Assembly: GCA_052426225.1 (NCBI GenBank)
Contig: JBNJNM010000011.1
Span: 1,116,001-1,180,000, forward strand
DNA length: 64,000 nucleotides
Direction of reading: 5' to 3'
From: Zancudomyces culisetae HAW-14-8
Taxonomy: Eukaryota > Fungi > Kickxellomycota
This document shows, in pieces, positions 43,601 through 53,422 of this stretch. The stretch's first letter is position 1. Every line of letters starts with the position of its first letter. The notes under the pieces are model-generated. The model saw nothing but the letters and a program-made list of their open reading frames with translations. It searched no databases and had not been told where the DNA came from. Made by a program: the position numbers and the translations under genes.

Positions 43601-43842
43601 CCACCACCACCACCACCACTGCTACTGTTGCTCCTCTCCCAGAACCAGAACTAGAGCCAGAACCACAACCGCAGCCACAACCACAACCACAACCACAACC
43701 ACAACTAGTTCAAGATCAAACACCAACTACTATTGATTCACCAAATGAAAATAATCTTCTTGACAATAATAACAATAACAATAACAATATCATTAATAAT
43801 AGTAATAGTAATAGTAATAGTAATATTGATAATAGTATTTAA
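37648..43842 (+). CDS. INO80: Chromatin-remodelling ATPase INO80
   Basis: DBINO/HSA region ([27 protein letters not shown]), [86 protein letters not shown]. Confidence 0.97.
   Translation: [2064 protein letters not shown]
39236..39470 (+). repeat. Coding microsatellites in INO80: (ER)n hexamer array and poly-Asn (AAC/AAT)n
   Basis: gaaagagagagggaaagagag... and aacaacaacaataataac... are directly visible. Confidence 0.9.
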
Positions 43843-43931
43843 TAATCAAATAAAAACACAACACTTTTCTCTCTTCTTTCTACATAAAACAATTCTAATA
43901 AAAAGAGAGAAACATAAAGATGAAGATGAAA

Positions 43932-46793
43932 TCAAAGTTTAACAATTTCCAAAAACAAAAATCCAGTTTGTCGAGGATCCAACATCCGATACCCATAGGG
44001 CTCCAAAACCCTCCGGTTACCATCCACAATCACCTGTCCCAACTTTCGCATCCGCCGTTGGTAATGCGATTTGAAAACCAACTGGCTTGTATACAATGTG
44101 AATACCCCCAGTACCCCTTCAAAGAAATTGATAATCCGTGACCCCTCTGCTCCCCTAAGAACCTCATTGATTCGCTGTATAAACTCTGTGTATTCCCTCT
44201 CCGAAATCCCCCCTCCCTCTCCCCCTCCTCCTCCTTCTCCTCCTCTTGTTTTTGTTGCTGATTTTATCGATTCTGGAAGTTGCGTTGAAAATCTAATATA
44301 CCGTGTTGATGTATGTGGTTGCCTTGTTCTTTTAATCCTTGATTGGTTTATATCTTGCCTATTATTCGCCGCAAACCCATCTTCACCACTACTTCCTCCT
44401 CCATCATTATCATTACTATTATCTGTTGCGTTTGTCGGTGTAGAATAATCCCGTGGAATCCTAATTCTTTCTTTACTTTTACTTCCTTTACTATCATTAT
44501 TTTCATTTTCATTTTCATTATCAGGTCTTTGTTGATTTATTTTATATTTAAATGTATTATCCGAATCGTATATAATCTTATTATTCTTCCTATCGTTGCC
44601 ATCATCACCTCCATCTCTTGAATTTGGCTTTGTTTGCGGTTTTGCTTTCGTCTTTGGTTTATTCACATTACTCTCTTTATTTCCACCACCACCACCACCA
44701 TTACTATTATTGCTATTGCTATACTCAATAGTCATACCAGCTTGTTTAACATTAGCATTAGCATTACCATTAGCATTGTTGGGTTTGTTTATCTCTCCGA
44801 TTCCTGTCTTTATTTTTATTTCCTCACTTTTCTTTCCATTTACACAAACATCACTATTACCCCCTTTTTCCAATAAAACCGGTTCGGTATACCCCTTATT
44901 ATATTTTTTCTCCACCCCCACATTACCAAAACTACCTTGCGTTGTGATTTTTGTGTTGGGTTTTACACTATTCTCAATTTCTAATACTCTATTCTTCTCC
45001 TTATTCTTATCCTCCTTGCCCTCATCACCATCGCCATCACCATCACACTCACCATCACACTCACGACCGTTGCTTATATTTATTGATTCTTCCTCTTCTT
45101 CCACCAAACTCATCTTTTTGAATTTCTTGGCATCGTCTTTATCTCCCCCATTCCTATTCCCGTTCGCATTCCCATTTACCTGTCTTTTTTCTCCATTGAG
45201 CATAGGTGTATTAGTCACAGATGTTACACCTTCTTTTTGGCCACTCTGGATTACGTGATCAATCGATGTCACATTTCTCCTCTCTCTTCGTCTCTCCTCT
45301 TCATACCTTCCTCGCCTGCTACCATCCCTGTTTCCTGTATACTCTGTATCTTCTCTTACCACTCTTGCTCCTGCTCCTGCTCCTGCTCTTCTGCCTTCTA
45401 CATTTTTTCTAATCATTCCCATCTTTATCCCTTCCATCTCCCTTTCTCTTTCTCTTTCCCTCTCTCTTTCTCTTTCCACCCTTGCTCCAAGTTCAGTTCC
45501 AAAACTAGTAATATCAACCATCGACCCCGCTCTCGATCCTGCTCTTGATCCAACTCTTGAACTAGCTCTAGATCCAACTCTTGATCCTGTTCCTCCTATT
45601 CCCCCCATTCCCGGCCCAATCGCCCCTGGACTCCTACTACTTACCCTGGTTTGTCGACTATTTACCGCACTAGCGTCTATACTGCTATTAATAGAATCAT
45701 ACCCACTACCCTCACCCCCAAACCTTACCATCCCCCCTCCTCTACTACTTTCCCTTTTATGATGCCGCTCCCCAGTTCCTGTTTGCAGTACTACTTCTTT
45801 AATATACACGTTTTCTATCTCATTCTTCTCAAATAACCCCGTTCTTATTTCCTGCTCCAACATTTTTCGACCATTGGTCTTTCGGTAGTGATAACTACCA
45901 CTTCCCTCACTCCTGTTGGCTCCGCCCCCATACAAACTACTATTAACACTACTTTCATCGTTACATACTCTTTCGGAACTATCACGATCCATCACCATCC
46001 CTACTCCTACTCCTACTCCCGCTCGTACACTTTCTGCTCTCATGGACCCGGGACTACCACCGCTTTTTTTGTACCTGCTACCTCTCTTGCGTCTACTACC
46101 ATATCCATCATCATTCTCTATATATCCTCCCTTCTTACTATAATTGTTCCTCGTATCTCCATTACTTGGACTTGTACTAAAACTCGCTTTCTCTCCACCA
46201 GCTTGTACCATCTGACTACTAATTACCCTTTTTTGCCCATCACTGATATATTTGCTTTTCAACCCACCCATCATAGCTCTTTCAGCTTTCTCTCTGTCAC
46301 CGCCGATCCTAGGACTATTCTTATAGTGCTCTGTATCATGATCCATTGGCTCCCTTTCACCTTCACCTTCACCCTCACCTTCGCCTTCGCCATGACTATT
46401 ATGATAATGACCTGCTGCTTTCTTAGTCGCATGTAGACTATACATTTCACATTGGCTTTCTGTTGCCGTCGCAGAATCCGTCCTGGTAATTTCCACGCCT
46501 ACTTCTCCTCTTCTCCCTTGATGCTCATACTCTCTCCCGCTTCTACCACTCGCTTTGCTAAAACTTCGGTCTATACTGTTTTTTGCGCTGGAATTTGCAC
46601 TGTAACTTTCGCTTTCCACATGCCTTCTAGACCTGCTTCTTATTTTTTCCCTATCCCATTCTTGCCCTCCCCTAGTACTGGAAAACGACCTGGTGCCCGA
46701 TTTTTCCAACCCCATTTCTTGTTGAATCAAACTATCCAAATCATATTCCTTTGTTAGGAACCGTTTGTGCATCATATTTTCGACTCTATTCAT
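43932..46793 (-). CDS. ERF4/GOLGA7-domain protein (palmitoyltransferase accessory subunit) with a very long low-complexity N-terminus
   Basis: C-terminal RIRIPRDYS...[10 protein letters not shown]...[17 protein letters not shown]...[10 protein letters not shown]...[25 protein letters not shown] matches the Erf4/Golga7 domain. Confidence 0.85.
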   Translation of the reverse strand: [953 protein letters not shown]

Positions 46794-49700
46794 TTTTTAT
46801 TGTATTTTTTGTCTTTTGTTTTTACTTCCTTTCTTGTACTTTTCAATCTTTGAATGAATTATTCAGTTTTCTTTGTCACTTTTAGATTTTCAATAATTTC
46901 ATAAAAATACGTACTATATTATACTATATTGTACTGTACTGTACTGCACTTATGCGTGTAATTAATTTGTTCTGGCAGGCGTAAATTATATTATTACCCA
47001 AAATTTTGTCCTTGGTTTAACCGTTTTCTGTTTATTGCTACTTCTTAATCGCTGTGTGATACTTTTTTTTTTTCAAACCACAAGTATGACTAACACACTC
47101 TATTCTTTTCTTACTTTAGTAATGAAAAAAAAATTAAGTAGGTCTCCTTATTTGGATATTATGTCTTTTCTTTTGTCAAGGATGAGTAGGCACAAAAGAA
47201 TGTTTATGAATCCTCTTTTTATAACTTATAATGCAATCTGGGTATTGAAGTGATAAAAAAATGCGGTTTATACTAGTTTATCAATGGTAGTATATCTAAT
47301 TCCCACTTTATCATCCCTTCGAAGCACCTCCCTTTATTCTATGTCTAATGTTGCTTATCGAAATTTGAGTCTTAAGTGTTGTATTTCCATTCACAAATGA
47401 GCGCTTGTTCTTTTCATCATTTCTTATTATTTTCTTCTTATTATTACCGCTTATATATTGTGGCTAAATAGAAAAAAGTAATGATAGTTTGATATTATAT
47501 AACTTTTATTTCCTATTCTATCAAAAGTCTAATATATACCCAAATAAGCTCCTCAAAAACCAAAGATCCTTTTTATATACAATTTTGATAGAATTGCAAA
47601 ATTAGTACATTGGTCAGTGGCTAAAAAAATATTAAAAATAAAATAAAATAAAATAAATGGCAAATAGTTCATCCCATTTTTTACCCAATTCATCCATCCA
47701 TCATAATATTCACGCTGAACATAAAAAGAAATGAAAAAAAATAAAATTTTTTTTCCTGGTTACATCGTATTTCTCGATGTTCAAACCATACTTTACCACT
47801 TACAAATCTTTTGTAAGCAAGACTAAAGTGTTCTTTGTTTCCTAATTTACTTAATAGACCATTTGTTCTTATAATGAATGAGATAAATAAAAAGGCTATA
47901 ATGTTACTTGTGTTTTAATGGCATTTATCTCTCTGTCTCTCCTGTTTTTTTATATCTATAATACAACTAAACAATTCTAAACACTTTGCTTACTATCATT
48001 TATCCTTGTCTCTAGCCTTTGCCCCCCAGTTTATCCTTACATCTCGCTTGCATATAACGAAATCCATTTACTCACAAGTTTGGCTGTTTTTCTTTTTTTT
48101 CTACCAACCTCACTGTTACTAACAGCCATAATCCAATATAAGGCGTATTATTTATTTATTTATTTATTTGTTTATTGCATCTTTCCGTTCTTTTTTTTTC
48201 CATAAACCAATGGTGTTTATAAACTACTAATCTATTTTTTTTTAGCTTAATGGGTAATGAACATGATAAAAATATGCTCAAGCTCTTCATAATCCCAACT
48301 ATTACTAATTTGTTCTCGGCTATAACAAAAGCAAAAAAAAAAAATCAAGAATTCTTCCTGTTTTGGCGAGTCTAATAGATATTCAAGTTAGTTTTCAACT
48401 AATGATCTCATATACAGGTAAACTTTACCACTTGTCTTGTTCCCACTATTCTCTTCTCTCTTCACCTCACTTCTTCCAACCCTACTGCGATTCTTCCTCT
48501 CCCCTTTCTTTTCTTCCCAAAAAAAAAAGTTTGGAACAAGTAATAGAAAATTGGTTGCTATTAATAATCTGCTGTTATTATCCAGCTTTTTGCTAATGTT
48601 TGTTCCCTAATCACTCTGATATCCCGCGCTAAATACATAACTACAATATGCAATACACATTGAAACACACGTATCTTCATCCAAATGATTATTGTCTCCT
48701 TCAAATATCTCGTTCTCCGTATTCCATTTTTTTTTCCTTATTTATCAAGTTACTTTTATACTTCAATCTTTATCCAGCAGCATTAAATGATCAAAAATTT
48801 ACTAATCGTGTCCAATTTAAAATCACCCCTAATTAGAAATCATAATCGATTTTATACCTTATTTTCAAATAACCCAAATTTAATGTGCTGTTATCTAAAC
48901 GCAAGCAATTATTCAACTTATTTCACTGGTCAAGCTTTGATTCCGTTGGATTCTTTATCAACGTTTATTTGAGACCATCGTAAATCATAAATAAAAAATA
49001 TTTTCTTCTGATCAATTTGTAATTAGAATAAAATGGGTATTCTCAACTTAATTAATAAGTATAAAATCACCTCATGCTATAAACACATTCCCAGTGTGTT
49101 CTCTATAGCCACTAGAAGTAGAACAGCATTATTGATGTGCCAGTTGTAGATCTGCTCTTATTTTTTCTATATTTTGACTTCAACGATTATGAATATTTTA
49201 ACCCCACACTTAGTATTCGTCAATAACATCATCCACCCCTCTTGCTTTTAACGAAAACAGTCAATACACAGTTCGAATAATCATTTTAATCCTGAATATC
49301 CCCCCTTCTTCTCCGTCCCACTCATTGGATACTGATTTAACATTAGTATTACTAACTTGTGCGATCTTGGTGTTACCCGAAGATTCCTTTTTGTTTGTTT
49401 TTTTTTGTAAAGAATCATAAAAGATAAACAAAAAACTCACCTGGAAATTGCATATATAAACAGGATCACTGTAAAATAAAGAGTAAAAAACAACGATGAA
49501 ATATACATTATTGCAATTACCACCACAAACAGCACAAATTCTCTAAACCTTGTTCCTTGCTTTGACATTTGATTTTTTTTTTGAATATCTTGATTTGGAT
49601 TTGTAACCAACTTTCTATTAATTCTCATAAACCTCAACTTGGAGTGAATATTTTCGTTTCTAATGTCGGGTATCGGCAATATACAGTGGTAAAAATACCA

Positions 49701-50427
49701 CTTTAGCCGACCCATTTCGTATGTCAGTGGACTAGCTAAATAGCCCCTCCCCTCCAATTACAGACACACACACATATAATCAAAATTGAGGTATAGGGTT
49801 TTTTTGAAATCACATTGTATCACGTGAGCTTGGTGATAAGCGGGTTGATGGCTACTAGTGTCGGTTCGCCGGAACCTTGCTCCCATTGGCTTATCCCCTT
49901 TCTGTTGTTTTGTCACTTTGAAATGATATTAAACCTTTTCTTCCTTACTTTTTTTTGTCATTAACCATCTTGAAAGTGGATTTACGTTCAGGAAAAGCAT
50001 AACAAAAAAACACATGCAATTAAACACGACTCAATTAATCCTTTTCGGTATATATTGTCAATCTATTACGTTCCAGAATTTAGCTAATACCTACGATAAA
50101 GCTTAGCAATAAACTAACATTTCTGCTATCTCTTTCTTCTTTCATTATTAACAGGCGTTGCGATATTTGCGCGCGCAAAAACTCCAGGGTTAAATTCCAA
50201 AACACAAAAAGTTGTGCTTATAAGTAAAGGAGAGTTATGTGTAGGTTCTATTAAAACTACAAACTAAATATTTTAAATGCAAAACTAACAATATCTCGCG
50301 TATAAACATATGAAGAAAATAATATCCCCAGTTTCAATACAACCGTAAAGAGAAGGAGAATGGTATGAACAAAATACATTGGATCCATGAACGTCAATAG
50401 GGCACCTTGCATTAAATTCCTCCAAGC

Positions 50428-51776
50428 TTACTTGTAGATTTTAATGATTATCACAATCAGGAATAGAAGGATCACAAATCCACCAACGCAATATGCTAGT
50501 ACCTTGTTTCTTGTTAAACTACAAAATTAATTCCCTTTCAAATGTTAGCTCAATAACCATACTAGAACTACATTCTAGGTGATCGCACTTACCTTCTTAA
50601 CATTGAGTCAACCAAGTGCTCTGCATTTCCAATGCTAAAATCAATATCAAACATCTATCGGAAACGCGAGACATAAATATCCAAATATTAATAACGAGTT
50701 GTTTCCCAGCAAATATAGGAAGCATGTATACGTTATTAGCACTTACTCTATTCCTTGAATGTACAATTTGTTCCCTCTGTGATCTCAAGTCATTTAATAT
50801 ATTCGAGCCAACGGCCTCTACAAGTTTGTAAATATAACGACCATGTAATCAGTACGTCTCTAAGCGCTAGTGCTTTACAAGTATGTATGTTACTTTTTCA
50901 AAAAAAAAATAGTACCTGCTTCCACAGCCAGTCTGTGACTTTCTTGAAGCCGATAACCCGCACTGTGCAGTGCATCAGATCCATCTAATAAATGAGAGTG
51001 CTGGTCACGCCCGTTTTCGTATTCAAGGCTATAGTCACGACCGTTAGCACGGTTTCCGAGTAGTGCAGCTCTGTTCGCCTCATTGTCTCCATTTTTGGCT
51101 GTTATTTTAACCTAAAAATAAATACATTTACACTTATTGATTAATTCTTGCTCCTCTCCTCTCCTTTCCCTTCCACAGCACAAGACCACTAATATTATCT
51201 GCCATTATTTAGCATCTCTGACTGAAATACCTGTGTACAAAATATTAAAATCTATTTCCTGAATCAATGCTGGATAAAATAAACATACCAACTCAGTTCT
51301 GAATCGCTCGACAGTTTTTTTGAACTCTTTAACGTCCGCGGAAGCCTCATTTCTCTCGGCGCTTCGTAATTCATATACATCAACCTCCATTTGTTCAATC
51401 TATCCAGAGAAAGTTATTAACTTTTATTTAAAAACCTTCAAACTATTCTCAATCGCTTTTCTTTAAATGCACTTTGATTTCTCTACTAAAGATAATCAAT
51501 AAAAATAACCTAGCGATATGTTGCATCATTATTTACCAGCTCCAATGCTTCATCTATCTGTGCCTTTATCCTTTTCGCATTCTGTCTATTTAAGCCTAAA
51601 AAAGAAATATTTCCGGGTTTAACAAATCATCAGATGCAGCCAATACAATAAATACTCAAGTTAAATGGATAGTAAAACATACTTTTGTCCCCATTCAGTG
51701 CGTTTGCCAAATTCAATTCGATTTCCGAAATCAAGGTAGCACATTCCTCTCTATGGTGCTCGAATATCGCCTCCAT
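50428..51776 (-). CDS. VTI1: Qb-SNARE VTI1; 7 exons: 51776-51683, 51595-51537, 51399-51289, 51111-50916, 50817-50747, 50654-50593, 50518-50428
   Basis: Hand-spliced using GT-AG introns with all phases consistent. Product: MEAIFEHHREE...IDEALELIEQMEVDV...QHSHLLDGSDALHSAGYRLQESHRLAVEAEAVGSNILNDLRSQREQIVHSRNR...RNKVLAYCVGGFVILLFLIVIIIKIYK* (Habc, SNARE motif, C-terminal TM). Confidence 0.92.
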
Positions 51777-52312
51777 GGTTTGTTTTAGATAACTATTATA
51801 CTTGCTTGAAATATACTTTGATTAACAACCAATTTTCTATCTTTGGTTTGCAAGTAGTATTAGTATACAAATTCCGATATTTTTTTTGAAGCAACAAGAG
51901 CATATTTACGCCAAAACTAAATTGAGGAATTTTGAGCAAAGCCAATAAGCTTTAAACCTGACCAATTCTTCCACATGGACTTGTGTTCCAAGCTGTGTTA
52001 TTTGTGCCAGCAGCTACACTAAATAAAGGGATGGTAATAATTTTTTATCTTGTCTCCTTTGATGGCAAATTTTGCCCAAGCTAAAAAATTATTTCCACTC
52101 GTTTCTGGTATTTATTTGCGCTAAAAGAAATAAAAGTAAACCAACAGTGTACCAATGCTGATTATATGACTTTAATGGTTTATTCATCGAATAAGAATAA
52201 CATCCACTCTACTTAAAGGAATATATATGTAACTATCTTGCAAAGTAGCTCGAGACTAATTCACTGCTAATTTTCCTCAATATTATAATTTAAAGATATA
52301 AAATAGTAGATT

Positions 52313-53422
52313 TCATGCCAACACCTTTGGCTTGACCGAATTGATAATGTCCCAGCGTCTTCTACACTTGAACCTGAATTCACCCATTTTTTTACTATCA
52401 CAAATACACTTCCCAATCTTATCAGAATTCGCTGGACAGAATCCCATTTTTGGGTGGTAGTAGCCAACATCACTAAAATGATGCACTTGTTCCTTTTTTA
52501 AAAACATCGCTGCAGCGATAGTGTGAACCGGCGCATCTCCCCATCTTTCGTAAAAGAATCCCCCTTCACGATCTAAAAAGTTGAAAAAATCTTCGTACTT
52601 CTTTGATCGATAAAAGCTCAGCTCTGCTATTTCAAAGTTAGTCCAAAAGTGACAACCATTGTACTTCTTCCCATCCTCGCTGACATATTTAATAAAGTTC
52701 TCTGGTTCTATGTGTTGCGGGTACTTGTCCATAAACTTCAGCACTGAATCCCATAATGTAGGTATTGTTGCCATGAACTCCATTGGTGCCATATTCCAAC
52801 CATAAACTAACTTGTTTTCTTTCATGTACTTGAATGGATCGTAATCCATATCACAGAAATACTCAACATCTGGCTCGATCCGCCAGTAATATTCCAAACC
52901 GTCCAAAAGTGGATGCCTGTAGAAATATCCGGATTGGAATCGGCACATAAACCTGTAGCTTTCACTTTTTCCGTACATATACTTTGCCTTTTTGCGCATC
53001 TCGGCTGCTTTCTGTTTATCAATATATGATGGATAACTCCATGCTTCGCCCTCAACTAAACCAAAAGTAACATTTGCTTTTGTCATAACTTGAACACCTT
53101 TTTTGAACTCGTCAGTGAAAGGTTTATCGTTGAGGAATATGTATGGATAGTTGTAATTTCTATTGAAGCGGTCTTCTATTTGACGCATTGTTTTTCTTAT
53201 ACCTACAAGATCCACATTTCTAGTTAATGAAACAAATGCAGCCTTGACCCTCTTATCGTTGATTTTTTTTATTTTTGTACCATCTGAAGAATTCCATGAG
53301 CTTAATTCTTGTATTTTTAGCCTTGAGGTCTTAATGTCGAAAATGGCATATCGAAAAGCTACAGTCATAATAAATATGAGCAGTAACGCAAATAACACTG
53401 TTTTTAACCGTCTATATCCCAT
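52313..53422 (-). CDS. Alpha-1,2-mannosyltransferase, GT15 (KRE2/MNT1/KTR family), copy A
   Basis: Type II TM anchor; EDRFNRNYNYPYIFLND, SYRFMCRFQSG, YYWRIEP, CHFWTNFEI, GGFFYERWGDAPVH. Confidence 0.96.
   Translation of the reverse strand: MGYRRLKTVLFALLLIFIMTVAFRYAIFDIKTSRLKIQELSSWNSSDGTKIKKINDKRVKAAFVSLTRNVDLVGIRKTMRQIEDRFNRNYNYPYIFLNDKPFTDEFKKGVQVMTKANVTFGLVEGEAWSYPSYIDKQKAAEMRKKAKYMYGKSESYRFMCRFQSGYFYRHPLLDGLEYYWRIEPDVEYFCDMDYDPFKYMKENKLVYGWNMAPMEFMATIPTLWDSVLKFMDKYPQHIEPENFIKYVSEDGKKYNGCHFWTNFEIAELSFYRSKKYEDFFNFLDREGGFFYERWGDAPVHTIAAAMFLKKEQVHHFSDVGYYHPKMGFCPANSDKIGKCICDSKKMGEFRFKCRRRWDIINSVKPKVLA

Noticed and set aside
37603-46757. Numerous 60-230 aa ORFs antisense to or overlapping INO80 and the ERF4 gene
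   Set aside because: They are shadows of purine-rich, low-complexity coding strands, which lack stop codons on the opposite strand; no motifs.
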